Made by a program: the position numbers and the translations under genes. A stretch of 64,000 nt of DNA, from the NCBI RefSeq assembly GCF_963921235.1, contig NC_086097.1, positions 12,834,001 through 12,898,000 on the forward strand, given 5' to 3'. The DNA is from Mobula hypostoma (Eukaryota). Under the pieces are notes generated by a model. It saw only the letters and a list, made by a program, of their open reading frames with translations. It did not search any database and had not been told where the DNA came from. Numbering within the stretch: position 1 is the stretch's first letter; each line of letters starts with the position of its first letter. This document shows positions 1 through 13,072 of the stretch, one piece after another.

Positions 1-470
1 CTATCCATGTCAGTACCCTACCTCCAATGCCATGTGCTCTAATTTTGCCCACTAACCTTCTATGTGGGACCTTATCAAAGGCTTTCTGAAAGTCCAGGTA
101 CACTACATCCATTGGCTTTCCCTTGTCCATTTTCATAGTTACATCCTCAAAACCTTCCAGAAGATTAGTCAAGCATGATTTCCCCTTTGTAAATCCATGC
201 TGACTCAGACCTATCCTGCTACTGCCATCCAAATATGCCCCTATTTCATCTTTTATAATTGACTCCAGCATCTTCCCCACCACTGATGTCAGGGTAACTG
301 GTCTATAATTGTCTGTTTTCTCTCTTCCTCCTTTCTTAAAAAGTAGCATAACATTAGCTACCCTCCAATTCGCAGATCCTGAATCTATCAAACATTGGAA
401 AATGATTACCAATGCGTCCACGATTTCTAGAACTACCTCCTTAAGTACCCTGGGATGCAGACCATCAGGT
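1..470 (-). mobile_element. CR1 LINE ORF2 (RT) fragment
   Basis: Closely similar to 39150-39630; the minus strand encodes CR1 RT motifs (GFTKGKSCLTNLL, YLDFQKAFDKV). Confidence 0.9.
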
Positions 471-965
471 CTGAAGGAGAAGAATGGGGCATTACCAGAA
501 GTTCAAGAAATCAATGTTCATGCCATCAGCTTGTTCCTCCAACCTGAGTGTCCCCTCATCATCGTAGTAGGGGAGGAGCTATATTTCCCTCTCTCACTTT
601 ATCTTCTTAACTGCCCATCCCTTCCCTCTGTTGCTCACCTCCCTTCCCTTTCGTCCATGGGCTTCTACCCTCTCCTATTGAATTCCCCCTTCTCCAGCCC
701 TTTATCTCTTTCATCAATCCGTTTTCCTGCTCTCTACTTCACCACTCCCCGTCTTCTGGCTTCACCTATCACCTATCACCTACAACCTTGTATTTCTTCC
801 TCACCTCCCCTCTCCTGCTTACTCTGACTTCTCTTCTTTTGTCTCCTATTCTGATGAAGGTTCTCAGCCCAAAGCATCAACTGTTCACTCTTTTCCATAG
901 ATGCTGCCTGCTAAGTTTTGTGTGTGTTTCTTGGATTTCCAGCATCTGCAGATTTTATCTTGTTT
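471..965. mobile_element. Penelope-like element remnant: minus-strand C-terminal piece (471-575) joined to an inverted plus-strand 3' UTR with a degenerate hammerhead motif
   Basis: 471-575 resembles 56840-56960; pyrimidine-rich UTR followed by ctgatgaagg...cccaaagcatcaact and gatttccagcatctgcag. Confidence 0.75.
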
Positions 966-1056
966 GAAGTTATAACTTCAGGGGTGAAAAGTTGGAGTCT
1001 TTTCCAATAATGGTAGGATTCCATTATTGAGGATGAAGTTTTGGGGTATTTGGAGG

Positions 1057-1276
1057 AGGGAGGGAACGTTGACTCAGACCATGAGAGGCCTGCGTTGGGC
1101 ATTTTCATGCCTTACAAGGCGCGGATTGGAAGACTGTGTGGGGCGCCACTCCTCACACAGACTAGAGCAATGTGTGGTTAAGCGCCTTGCTCAAGGCCAC
1201 AAACACGCTGCCAAAGCTGAGGCTCGAACTAGTGACCTTCAGATCACTAAACGAACACCTTCACCACTTGGTCCAC
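1057..1276 (-). mobile_element. tRNA-derived SINE (head type A, tail type X)
   Basis: Minus strand has box A-like tggaccaagtgg and box B-like gttcgagcc; flanked by direct repeat ttggagg (1050-1056 and 1277-1283). Confidence 0.8.
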
Positions 1277-1289
1277 TTGGAGGTGCAAG

Positions 1290-2503
1290 ATAAAATTAGC
1301 CAAAACCATCATGTTTTCCTTAAGAGGAAATCTTGTCTGACAAAATCTGCTGGAATTCTTTGAGGAAACAGCAGGCATCATAGACAAAGGAAAGTCTGTA
1401 GATGTTGTTTACTTAGATTTTCGGAAGGCCTTTGACAGGGTATCACACATAAGGTTGCATAACAAGATAAGAGCCTGTGATATCACAGGAAAAATAGCAA
1501 CATGGATGGAAGATTGGCTGATTGTCAGGTGGCAAGGAGCTGGAGTAAAGGCAGCCGATACTGGTTGGTTGCTGGTGACTAGTAGTGTTCTGCAGAGGCT
1601 GGTATTGGGACTGCATATAATTCTTTTCACATTATATGTCAAGAATTTTGACGACGGAATTGATGATCTTGGGCCAAATTTTCAGTTTGTGAAATAAGTG
1701 GATAAGTGGAAGGGCAGGTAGTGTTGAGGAAGCAGGGAATCTGCTTTAGGCCTTGGACAGACTGGGAGAATGGACAAAGAAATGGGAAATAGAATATAGT
1801 GTAGGGAAGTTTGTGGTCATGCATGTTGGTACAAGGAATAAAGGTGTAAACTATTTTCTAAATGGGGAAAAAATTCAAAAATCAGAAGAGGAAGGGGACT
1901 TGAGAGGATTCCCTAACGGTTAACTTACAGGTTGAGTTGGTGGAAAGGAAGGTAAATGTGATGTTAGGATTGATCTTGAGAGGACAAGAATACAAGAGCA
2001 AGGATGTAATACTAAGGTTTTATAAGGCTACACTTGGAATATTGTGACCAGTTTTGGGCCCCTGATTTGAGAAAAGATGTGCTGGCATCAGAGAGGGTCC
2101 AGAGGATGTTCATGAAAATGATTCCAGGAATGAAAGGATTAACATATCAGGAGTGTTTGATGACTCTGGGCCTGTACATGTTGGAGTTTAGAAGAATGAT
2201 GGGGGATCTCATTGAAACCTATCAAATATTGAAAGGCCTAGACAGTGTGAATGGGGGTAAGATGTTTCCTATAGTGGGTGAATCTAGGACCAGAGAGCAC
2301 ATCCTCAGAACAGAGGGACATCTAATTAGAACAGAGAAGAGAAGGAATTTGTTTGCCTGGAGGATGGTGAATCAATTCATTGTCACAGACTGCTGTGAAG
2401 GCCAAGTCATTGAATATATTTAAAGCAGAGGTTGACAGCATATTAATTAGTCAAAGGTTATGGGGAGAAGGCAGGAGAATTGGATTGAGAGAGATAACAA
2501 ATC
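1290..2503 (+). mobile_element. Old CR1 LINE 3' half (its tail resumes at about 3501-3585)
   Basis: Frameshifted RT motifs (KSCLT, EYCDQFWAP, RGDLIETY-like) and a CR1 3' UTR split by a younger CR1. Confidence 0.9.
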
Positions 2504-3500
2504 TCTCAGTTGTTTACAATATATATTAATGACTTGGATGAGGGAATTAAATGCAGCATCTCCAAGTTTGCGGATGACACGAAGCTGGGTGGCAGTGTTA
2601 GCAGTGAGGAGGATGCTAAGAGGATGCAGGGTGACTTGGATAGGTTGGGTGAGTGGGCAAATTCATGGCAGATGCAATTTAATGTGGATAAATGTGAAGT
2701 TATCCACTTTGGTGGCAAAAATAGGAAAACAGATTATTATCTGAATGGTGGCCAATTAGGAAAAGGGGAGGTGCAACGAGACCTGGGTGTCATTATACAC
2801 CAGTCATTGAAAGTGGGCATGCAGGTACAGCAGGCGGTGAAAAAGGCGAATGGTATGCTGGCATTTATAGCGAGAGGATTCGAGTACAGGAGCAGGGAGG
2901 TACTACTGCAGTTGTACAAGGCCTTGGTGAGACCACACCTGGAGTATTGTGTGCAGTTTTGGTCCCCTAATCTGAGGAAAGACATCTTTGCCATAGAGGG
3001 AGTACAAAGAAGGTTCACCAGATTGGTTCCTGGGATGGCAGGACTTTCATATGAAGAAAGACTGGATGAACTGGGCTTGTACTCGTTGGAATTTAGAAGA
3101 TTGAGGGGGGATCTGATTGAAACGTATAAGATCCTAAAGGGATTGGACAGGCTAGATGCAGGAAGATTGTTCCCGATGTTGGGGAAGTCCAGAACGAGGG
3201 GTCATAGTTTGAGGATAGAGGGGAAGCCTTTTAGGACCGAGATTAGGAAAAACTTTTTCACACAGAGAGTGGTGAATCTGTGGAATTCTGTGCCACAGGA
3301 AACAGTTGAGGCCAGTTCATTGGCTATATTTAAGAGGGAGTTAGATATGGCCCTTGTGGCTACGGGGGTCAGGGGGTATGGAGGGAAGGCTGGGGCAGGG
3401 TTCTGAGTTGGATGATCAGCCATGATCATAATAAATGGCAGTGCAGGCTCGAAGGGCCGAATGGCCTACTCCTGCTCCTATTTTCTATGTTTCTATGTTT
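2504..3500 (+). mobile_element. Young 5'-truncated CR1 LINE
   Basis: Uninterrupted ORF2 C-terminus, CR1 3' UTR and (ttctatgt)n tail; flanked by caaatc at 2498-2503 and 3501-3506. Confidence 0.95.
2510..3406 (+). CDS. CR1 ORF2 reverse transcriptase, C-terminal 298 aa (truncated transposon ORF, not a host gene)
   Basis: KFADDTKL, LYKALVRPHLEYCVQFWSP and RGDLIETYK motifs. Confidence 0.8.
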   Translation: MFTIYINDLDEGIKCSISKFADDTKLGGSVSSEEDAKRMQGDLDRLGEWANSWQMQFNVDKCEVIHFGGKNRKTDYYLNGGQLGKGEVQRDLGVIIHQSLKVGMQVQQAVKKANGMLAFIARGFEYRSREVLLQLYKALVRPHLEYCVQFWSPNLRKDIFAIEGVQRRFTRLVPGMAGLSYEERLDELGLYSLEFRRLRGDLIETYKILKGLDRLDAGRLFPMLGKSRTRGHSLRIEGKPFRTEIRKNFFTQRVVNLWNSVPQETVEASSLAIFKRELDMALVATGVRGYGGKAGAGF

Positions 3501-3589
3501 CAAATCAGCCATGGTGGAATGGTAAAGCAAACTTGATCGGTCAAGGATCCTAATTCTGCTCCTATGTCTTATGATCTTCTGGTCTAAGC

Positions 3590-3880
3590 TGGGAGTCTGC
3601 ATATGGATTTAGACAGTTTAGCAAAATGGGCAAAGAAATGGCAGAATATAGTGTAGGGAAATGTGTGGTTATGAGCTTTGGTAAATGTAATAAAGACAGA
3701 GACTTCTTTCTAAATTCGGAGAAAATTCAGATGTGCAAAGGGACTAGGGAACCCTTGATCAGGATTCCCTAAAGGTTAACTTGCAGGTTGAATCATTTAT
3801 AAGGAAGGCAAATGCAATGTTAGCATTCATTTCAAGAGGACTAGAATATAAACACAAGAATATAATACTGAAGCTTTAAC
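3590..3880 (+). mobile_element. Degenerate CR1 RT fragment
   Basis: Similar to 1750-2020 and to the 61560-61850 reverse complement. Confidence 0.75.
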
Positions 3881-3997
3881 AGAGCATAAGACCATAAGAC
3901 ATAGAAGTAGAATTAGTCTGTTTGGCCTACTGAGTCTGCACCGCCATTTCATCATGTCTGACTATTTCCCTCTCAACCCCATTCTCTTTCCTGCTCC

Positions 3998-4866
3998 TTA
4001 TGACTCTGCCATAGTTGGATGCATCAGCAAGGGAGATGAGGCTGAGTACAGGGCTACGGTAGGAAACTTTGTCACATGGTGCAAGCAGAATTATCTGCAG
4101 CTTAATGTGAAAAAGACTAGGGAGCTGGTGGTAGACCTGAGGAGAGCTAAGGTACCGGTGACCCCTGTTTCCATCCAGGGGGTCAGTGTGGACATGGTGG
4201 AGGATTACAAATACCTGGGGATACGAATTGACAATAAACTGGACTGGTCAAAGAACACTGAGGCTGTCTACAAGAAGGATCAGAGCCATCTCTACTTCCT
4301 GAGCAGACTGAGGTCCTTTAACATCTGCCGGACGATGCTGAGGATGTTCTACGAGTCTGTGGTGACCAGTGCTATCATGTTTGCTGTTTGTGTGCTGGGG
4401 TAGCAGGCTGAGGGCAGCAGACACCAACAGAATCAACAAACTCATTCATAAGGCCAGTGATGTTGTGGGGATAGAACTGGACTTTCTGACGGTGGTGTCT
4501 GAAAAGAGGATGCTGTCCAAGTTGCATGCCATCTTGGACAATGTCTCCCGTCCACTAATAACGTACTGGTTGGGCACAGGAGTACATTCAGCCAGAGACT
4601 CATTCCACCGAGATGTAGCACAGAGCGGCATAGGAAGTCATTCCTGCCTGTGGCCATCAAACTTTACAACTCCTCCCTTGGAGGGTCAGACACCCTGAGC
4701 CAATAGGCTGGTCCTGGACTTATTTCATAATTTACTGGCATAATTTACATTTTACTATTTAACTATTTATGGTTCTATTACTATTTATTATTATGGTGCA
4801 ACTGTAACGAAAACCAATTTCCCCCGGGATCAATAAAGTATGACTATGACTATGATTATGACTATA
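3998..4866 (+). mobile_element. Rex1/Babar LINE 3' portion, inserted into a minus-strand CR1 tail (3885-3997 and 4867-5025)
   Basis: DSAIVGCISKGDEAEYR...KTRELVVDLRR...YKYLGIRIDNKLDW; AATAAA followed by a (ctatga)n tail. Confidence 0.88.
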
Positions 4867-5029
4867 ACCTCTCATGCCCTGCCGAATCATGAACCTATCA
4901 ACCTCCACGTTACATACACCCAATGACCTGCCCTCCACTGGCACCTGTAGCAATGAATTGCACAGATTCATCCCCCTCCAGCTGAAGAAATTTCTCCTCA
5001 TCTCCTTTCTAAATGGACATCTCTCTACA

Positions 5030-5600
5030 AAGCATTGGTCATACTGCACTTGGAGTATTCTGAGCAGTTTTGGGCCTCTTATTTGAGATAAGATATCCTG
5101 GGATTGGAGATGTTCTGGAGAAGATTCACAAGAATGATTCCAGGAATGAAAGGGTTAACATATGAGGAGCATTTGATGGCTCTGGGCCAGTACTCACTGC
5201 AGTTTAGAATAATGAGACTTGATCTCATTGGAACCTATTGAAAGTTGAAAGGCTTATTTAGAGTGAAAGTGGAAAAGATGACTCCTATAGTGGAGGTGTG
5301 TCGGACCAGAGGGCACAGACTCAGATGGAGGGAAGCCCCTTTAGAAAAGAGACAAGGAGTAATCTCATTAGTGATGAATCTGCGGAATTCATTACCACAT
5401 GTGGCAGTGGAGGCCAAGTCATTGAGTATATTTAAAGTGGAGGTTGATAGGTTTGATGATTATTAGGAGCATGAAATACTACAGGGAGAAGGCAAGAGAA
5501 TGGGATTGAGAGGGATGCTAAGTTAGTCATGATGGAATGACAGAACAGATTTGATGGGCCAAATGGCCTAATTTTGCTTTTCTATCATATGGTCTTATAA
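5030..5600 (+). mobile_element. Degenerate CR1 3' end
   Basis: HLEY/QFWA-like codons and a CR1 3' UTR ending in tatggtctta. Confidence 0.8.
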
Positions 5601-6077
5601 TTTATCACAATCCATCTTGAATCTTCAGATTGACCCAGCATTAATAGACATCTTGTATGAAAGGCTTCTCGATTTTCATTACACTTTGAAGGAAATGTAG
5701 CCTGATTTCATTTATAAGTGACTTGACACTGACTATTAGATGAAAAGGGAAACAGGAGGCACAAGAGTTTCAGCCTGAAATGTTCTCTTTCCATAGATGC
5801 TGCCCAACCTGCCGAGTTCTTCTGACATTTTCTGGTTTTATTGTCTAAGATTATTGTTGGTTCTCTTGAGATTCAAATGGAAGATCTTGTTTTTTCACAT
5901 CTTATTAAATCAGTTTATTATTTTTAACATTTCCTTGACCTTCTAGCCTCCAGGATACAGATCAAATTCATGCAATGTGTCCACATAGTTTAACTTGTTA
6001 TTCCCCACTTTAAGTCTACTGTATCTGTATGATTTCTCTCAGTGAAGGGGACACTTCTAAGGTAATAGTGATGAAAG

Positions 6078-6920
6078 AATCACACACAAAACACTGGAAG
6101 AACTCAGCAGGTCAGGTAGAATCTATGGAAATGAATAAGCAGTATATGTTTTGGGTCGAGATCCTTCCTCAGGACTGAAAAGGAAGGGGGAAGATGCCAG
6201 AATAAAAAGATGGGGAGGGGAAGGAGGATAACTGGAAGGTGATAGGTGAAGCCAAGGGTGAGGGAAAGGTAAAGGTCTGGATATTTCCTGAGGAGACTGA
6301 GGTCCTTTAACATCTACCGAACGATGCTGAGGATGTTCTATGAGTCTGTGGTGGCCAGTGCTATCATGTTTGCTGTTGTGTGCTGGGGCAGCAGGCTGAG
6401 GGTAGCAGACACCAACAGAATCAACAAACTCAGTCGTAAGGCCAGTGATGTTGTGGGGATGGAACTGGACTCTCTCATGGTGGTGTCTGAAAAGAGGATG
6501 CTGTCTAAGTTGCTTGCCATCTTGGTCAATGTCTCCCATCCACTACATAATGTATTGGGTGGGCACAGGAGTACATTCAGCCAGAGACTCACTCCACCGA
6601 GATGCAGCACAGAGCGTCATAGGAAGTCATTCCTGCCTGTGGCCATCAAACTTTACAGCTCCTCCCTTGGAGGGTCAGACACCCTGAGCCAATAGGCTGG
6701 TCCTGGACTTATTTCATAAGTTACTGGCATAATTTACATATTACTATTTAACTATTTATGGTTCTATTACTATTTATTATTATGGTGCAAGTGTAACGAA
6801 AACCAATTTCCCCCGGGATCAATAAAGTATGACTATGACTATGACTATAAGAAGGGATCTGATAGGGGAGGAGAGTGGACCATAGGAGAAAGGGAAGGAG
6901 GAGGGGACCCAGTGGAAATT
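6078..6920 (-). mobile_element. Penelope 3' UTR remnant interrupted by a Rex1 copy
   Basis: Family terminal sequence and degenerate hammerhead motif at 6141-6176; the purine-rich UTR resumes after 6848. Confidence 0.7.
6282..6848 (+). mobile_element. Rex1/Babar LINE 3' end, same subfamily as 3998-4866
   Basis: Near-identical to 4293-4866, with the same (ctatga)n tail. Confidence 0.9.
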
Positions 6921-6929
6921 GAAGAAGGA

Positions 6930-8310
6930 GATAGTTGAGAGACTGGATCTGTTAAAAATTGTTAGCATGGACATTTTAGTTAAAACAAAAATGACTGAAC
7001 TTCAAGTAGGCAAGTCAACATGACCACAAGGGAGACATGCTAGGATTTTGAGAGAAGTATGGAGGAAATCATGGACCACTGACTACAATCTTTTAGAGTT
7101 CTTAGTATACAGAGATGATGCCAGAGGATATCAGAGTGACAAGCATTGCTCTATCATTCAAAGAAGGGAATAAGGATAAGCTAAGTAACTATGGGTCAAT
7201 CAGTTTAACTCTGGCATTAGGGAATGTTTTAGAAACATTGATTGGGTATCCTGAAGAAAAATAGATTAATGACGGAAAGCCAGCACAGACTTGTTAAAGG
7301 CAAATGAGGTTCAATCATGAAGAAGTTTACTGAATGTCCACTGGTTCTTCTCTGCTGGCCAAGGTTCAAGAATCAACCGTGTTGATAAAATTTCTTGATG
7401 AAGTAATGGATAGACTGGCAGATTAGAGATACACCTCTACTAAGGGATGTATAAGGCACTCCTTCCCTCTGCTAGCCTGCAGGTCAGCCTTGGGAAAAGT
7501 GTAGCACCTACTTAGCCACAGGATGAGGGTCACGTGGAGCCATGGGAGCAGGTAGTGGATGATTGTATGAACAGTTGGTGCATATCACAAGTCCTAGTTA
7601 TGCAACCACTAATACCAGGCAGACAATGTCCAAAGAGTATTGATAATGGCTGGGCTCACCCATCTTGTAAAGACACTGTCCGGAAGAAGCCAATGGCAAA
7701 CCATTCCTGTAGAAAAGTTTGACAAGAACTATCATGGTCGTGGATAAACCATGATCACCCAAGTTATAGCATATGACACATAATGATGATAATGAATGGA
7801 CAGAGGTGATGAGGGTAGATGTGATGTCTACAGAATTCAGAAGGTTTTTGATAAGGTGCCACATAACAGGTTTTATCAGCAAAGCTGGAGCATGTGCAGT
7901 GAAAGGTTGATAGATAGCATTAACAGCTGGCTAAATAAGGCTTGTGGAGACTGTGAGTTTCAGATTGAAGGAGAGTGAATGGTGGTATTCCTCAGAAGTC
8001 AGTGCTGAGGCCGTTTCTTTTATCATAACAATATAATTAACCCAGAGTCTGCAACTTCATTCACAACTTCTAACTGTGTAAATGAGGGAAAAAGAAACCC
8101 TTGTCAGCATTGTGAACTGTGAACAGCATGGTGATAAATCTCAGCAGGAATTAAGCAGGCTGGTAGAACTGACAGACGCGTGACAGGTAAAGTTTAATCC
8201 AGAGAAATGTGAGCTGTTGCATTCTGATAGGAAGAAAAATGAAAGGAAATATGGAATAAACAGTAATATACTAAAAAGGTTTCAGGAAGAGTTAGGGAGA
8301 TCTGGAGGAA
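6930..8310 (+). mobile_element. Very old CR1 RT region with a nested SINE
   Basis: Decayed NYxxISLT, FDKVPH and GIPQKSVL-like motifs. Confidence 0.7.
7425..7797 (+). mobile_element. Non-autonomous RTE/BovB-related SINE-like element
   Basis: Tail gaagaagccaatggcaaaccattcctgtagaaaa resembles RTE-BovB-type 3' ends; two further copies nearby. Confidence 0.65.
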
Positions 8311-8949
8311 AAGACCTTGGCCTAGGCTTCTGCTCCACACTCAAATGATAATGATATGTCAATTGGACGAAGGATGGCCAGGCTCCAGGCCTTCAGTCAG
8401 CTTTCGATGAAAGGTGATGTGGAAACGGGATGAAAGACATCTGGAGTCCAGACCTCTGGTCAGTCTCAAAGGCCAGTAAAGTGGAAATGGGACAAAGGAT
8501 ACCTCTCAATGGCAAACAACATGAACATGTGACGAAGGACATCCATGGATATTGGGCTATAACAGGCCAGTAGCAGAGGCACGAGGTGAGGCCTGGAGTT
8601 CAGGGTCCTGTCATTGGTTGATCTTGGGGATGATACCAAGGATCAAAGCCCAAAGATTAATTGGAAGTCTGCAAGTCAAAAGCCAATAGACAAAGCCAGG
8701 AAACGGGAGATTGGAGGCCTAGAGTCCTGTCTTTGGATTGGAAGACTGTCTGTGTGTGTGTGGTTGGATGGCAGGGAGAAAAGGGGTTTGTTTTGCTGTT
8801 ATTTTGTTGCTTGTTGTGTTTTATGTTGTTCTGCCGAGCTGTGTAGCTGGCTATGTTGGCTCCGGTATGTGTGGTGACACTCGTAGGCAGCCTCAGCACA
8901 TCCTAAGGTTGTGCAGGATGATAGCACAAATGACACATTTCGTTGTATC

Positions 8950-9255
8950 TTTTGATGTCATCATTATGTACCGTGTCACATGACATGAGCGACGATGGTC
9001 TTCCATCTGTCTTTAATCTGCACACTGTTCTTAATCTTTTCTCTAGTCATGACCATGATTGTTCTTGACGATTTTTCCTACAGAAGTGGATTGCCATTGC
9101 CTTCTTCTGGGCAGAGTTTTTAATAGGCGGGTGACCCCAGCCATTATCAATACTCTTCAAAGATTGCCTGCCTGGCATCCGTGGTCACATAACCAGGACT
9201 TGTGTGCTATGCACCAGTTGCTCATAGGACCATCCACCAGCTGCTCCCATGGCTG
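8950..9255 (-). mobile_element. Partial copy of the 7425-7797 SINE-like element
   Basis: Reverse-complement similarity (gaagtggattgccattgccttcttctgggcag). Confidence 0.7.
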
Positions 9256-10734
9256 GTGCAGGACAATGGGAATGGGCAGCTTAAGTGGTTCAGCACGGAC
9301 TTGTTGGGCAGAAGGGCCTGTTTCTGTGCTGTACTTCTCTTTGGTTCTTTGACTCTAACAAAATATGAAGTTGATTTCTCCGGTTCCATAATATAAAATT
9401 ATAATGTGCGTGGGCAGAATGGAATTTGGGAGGTTTGGTGGAGGAAAGTAAACGCAGTAATTCCTAGAAATCAATAGTAAATCCAACTTTTATTGATATG
9501 CAGTAGGGAGTATACAAACATACGGAATGAGAGCATGTTTATTCCAGCTGCAGCAAGACAGATCACAAAGCCTCCAATGGGTGATTAGGATGTCTCAGCA
9601 CATCACTGGGACTCAATGACCAGACCTGGAGACAATCTAAAACTCTTGATGCCTATGGCATGCTTGTAATATCATTAAGGACCCTTCCCATTTAGGACAC
9701 TGTCTGTTCAATCTCCTGCCATCTGGTAAAACATACAGAAACAACTTAGTTTAACAGTTGGACTGAAAAACAGCTTCTTCCCAAAGGCCATTCTGCAGCT
9801 GAATAATGCTACACCCTGGCTGGCCAGTAGCCTTTGTTTGTTATGGACTCTCAAAGTCATTTGTTGCATGTAAATATGGGACTTTTTAAAAATTAAGACG
9901 TACTGCATGCATTGTAAATATCTGTTTTGCACAGGAGGAACACCACAGTCTCATTGTCTTAAGCAATTACAATAAAGTTCTATTCTATTCTAATCTATTA
10001 ATTTTATAATAACTATAAAAGGTATAACAACCTTTTATAGAAGATATGAGGATCAGATTTCCCAGGTACAAAGCAGAGTTGATGGGGATTAGTGGTGCCA
10101 TGAAGCAAAACCTTTTAAAGCAGCATTTGTTTGGAATCTAGACTACACTATCTGCTGATTTGTCAGAGACAGGTTTCACTCTGGTCTCCAAGATGGAGTA
10201 TGGCGCGAAAATATTTGCGAGGTTGAGATCCGGATGTGGAACTAGTAAGTTACTCTGGTAGAGAGCCACATTGACAAGATGGGCTGAATGGCCTCATTCC
10301 CTACTGTTCCATGATTTTGTGCTTCTTTGACTCAAAAGCTAGTACAGTATATCTTTGTTGAGAGAAGTAGTGTCGAAAACTGAAAGCAAATGAGGGTCCT
10401 TTCAAGTTTTTGCTTAGCAAAGCAACATTCCCCATTTGGGAAATCCAAACCCCAATTCTATTAGTACAGTCTCTGTGTGGATTAGAGAGGATCTATCAAT
10501 ATAAGACCATAAGATATAGGAGCAGAATTAGGCCATTTGGCCCATCGAGTCAGCTCCACCATTCAATCATGGCTGATCAATTTTCCCTCTCAGCCCCAAT
10601 CTACTGCCTTCTTGCTGTATCATTTCATGCCCTAACCAATCAATAATCTATCAACCTCTGCTTTAAGTTTACCAAATGACTTGGCCTCCATAGCTGACTG
10701 TGGCAATGAATTCCACAGATTCACCACTCTCCTT

Positions 10735-11110
10735 TGTTCATTCATTCATTATGTCCCGTGTTGTACGACATGGGCAATCAAGGTCTTTCCATGACCATAA
10801 TTGTTCTTGGCAAGTTTTTCTGCAGAAGTGGTTTGCTATTTCCTTCTTCTGGCCAGTGTCTTTACAGGATAAATGACCCCTGCTGTTATCAATAATCTTC
10901 AGAGGTTGTCTGCCTGGTGTCAGTGGTCATATAACCAGGACTAGTGATATGCACCAGCTGCTCACACAATCATCCGCTACCTGCTCCCATGGCTTCACGT
11001 GACCCTGATCAGGGAGTGAGTAGATGTTACACCTTGCCCAAGAGTGACCAGTGGAAGCAAGGAGTGCCTTACACCTCCTGTGGTAGAGAAGTGTCTCTAC
11101 TCCGCCACCC
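10735..11110 (-). mobile_element. Full-length copy of the 7425-7797 SINE-like element
   Basis: Reverse-complement similarity along its length; (tgaa)n tail. Confidence 0.75.
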
Positions 11111-11119
11111 TAATGCCTC

Positions 11120-12630
11120 CTTGGGGAACTCAAAAGGTGACTATACTAGAGCTGTAGGGAGTGGCTTAAACTAATATGGAAAGGAAGTGGGAACCAGTAT
11201 GATAGAGCTGAAGATCAGCCAGCAGGTTTACAAGTGGATGATGGGTGTAACATGAATGTATGGAAGGACAAGTCAATGATTGGGTACAAATGCAGACAGA
11301 GCAAAGAACTAAATCGTAACACAGAGGCAAAACTCAAAAGTGCAGGACCGAAGGTGCCGTATTTAAATGCGCGTAGTATTTGGAATAAGGTGGACGAACT
11401 CATGACACAGTTAGAGATTGGTTGGTATGACATTGTGAGCATCACAGAGTTGTGGCTGAAAGAAGGCCATAGTTGGGAGATTAACATCAAAGGATATACT
11501 TTGTATCGAAAGGACTAGCAGGAAGTCATACGTGGTGGTGTGGCTCTGTTGATGATAGATGGAATTACATTGATAGAAAGAGGTGACGTAGTGTCAGAGA
11601 ATGTTGAATTTTTGCTGGTGGAGTTAAGAAACTGTAAGAGTAAAAACAAACATTATGGGAATCATATATAGGCCTCCAAGTAGTAGCCAAGATGAGGGGC
11701 TGAGGTTGCAACAGGAGCTGGAAAGGGGATGTAGAAAGGGTAATGTCACAATTGTAATGGAGGGCTTAAATCTGCAAGTGGATTGGGAAAATTAGGTTGG
11801 TGTCAGTACACCAGAGAGGGAACTTGTTGAATGCCTAATAGATGGCTTTTTAGTGCAGCTTGTGCTTGATCCTACTCAGGGAAGGGTTATCTTAGATTGG
11901 GTGTTGTGTAATAACCCAGATCTTATTAGGGAGTTTAATGTAAAGGAACCCTTAGGAGGCAGTGATCATAATATGATTGAATTCATACTGCAATTTGAGA
12001 GGGAAAAGAATAAATCACATGTATCAGTGTGGCAGTGGAATAAAGGGAACTACAGAAGCATGAGAGCTCGTCCAAGTGGATTGGAGGAGGATATTGGTGA
12101 GGATGACGGCAAAGCAGAGATGGCTGAAGTTTCTGAGAATAGTTCACGTGGTGCAGGATAGATATGTCCACAGAAGTCATCTCAATTGGCAGTAGGAAAT
12201 CATGGCTGACAAGGGAAGTTAAGGACTGCATAAAAGCCAAGGAAAGGACATATAAGATTGCAAAAGTGAGTGGGAAGTTGGATGATTGGGAATCTTTTGA
12301 AATCCAACAACAGGCAATTAAAAAAGATATAAGAAGGAAAAGATGAAATATGAGGGCAAACTAGGCAATAATATAAAGCAGGTTACTAAAAGTTTTTTTT
12401 CAGTTATATGAAGAGTAAAAGGGAGGTGAGACTTGATATTGGACCACTGGTGAGGTAACGATGGGGGACAAAAAATGGCAGATAAACTTAATGGGCTCTT
12501 TGCATCAGTCTTTACTGTGGAAGACACTAGCAGTGTGTCAGAGGTCTGTAAGTGTCAGGGAGCAGGAGTGAATGCCATTGCTATTACAAAAGGAAAAGTG
12601 CTAGGCAATCTCAAAGATCTTAAGGTGGAT
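11120..12630 (+). mobile_element. CR1 LINE: ORF1 end, AP-endonuclease and linker of ORF2, decayed
   Basis: YLNARSIWNKVDEL, ITELWL, ILDWVLCN and LGGSDHNMIEF motifs with stops and frameshifts. Confidence 0.9.
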
Positions 12631-13072
12631 GTTGGGGCTACTGCACAGGATCAAAATCAGCCATATAGAGACATAAATTTAGTCAACATGGGCCTCTGGC
12701 ATATCCAGGACATCTTCAAGGAGCAATGCCTTGAAAAGGCAGCACTGTCACTAAGGAATCCCATCACTCAGGTCATGTCTTGTTCTCATTGCTACCATCG
12801 GGAAGGAGGTACAGAAGCCTGTAGACACACACTGAGTGTTTCAGGAACAGCTTCTTCCCCTCTGCCATCTGATTTCTGAATGAACATAAAACCCATGACA
12901 CTACCTCACTACTCTCTTATATCTATTTTTGCACTACTTTTTATAATGTGACAATTTTGTATGTGCTTACGGTAATTCACATGTTTTTTCTATTATTCTG
13001 TAATGCGTTGTAGTGGCGATGCAAAAACAACAAATTTCATGACATATGTCAGTAAGATTAAAGCTGATTCTT
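12630..13072 (+). mobile_element. Rex/Babar-type LINE 3' end (family of 48885-50535)
   Basis: ttcaggaacagcttcttcccctctgccatc and a tail ending ctgattc. Similar fragments at about 13560-13925, 15430-16045, 16140-16790, 43260-43560, 47565-47990, 58340-59010, 59720-60960 and 62660-62900. Confidence 0.75.

Noticed and set aside
309..827. 172-aa ORF
   Set aside because: Reads through antisense CR1 and a pyrimidine-rich Penelope UTR; spurious.
12475..12879. 134-aa ORF
   Set aside because: Spans a CR1/Rex junction; chimeric artefact.
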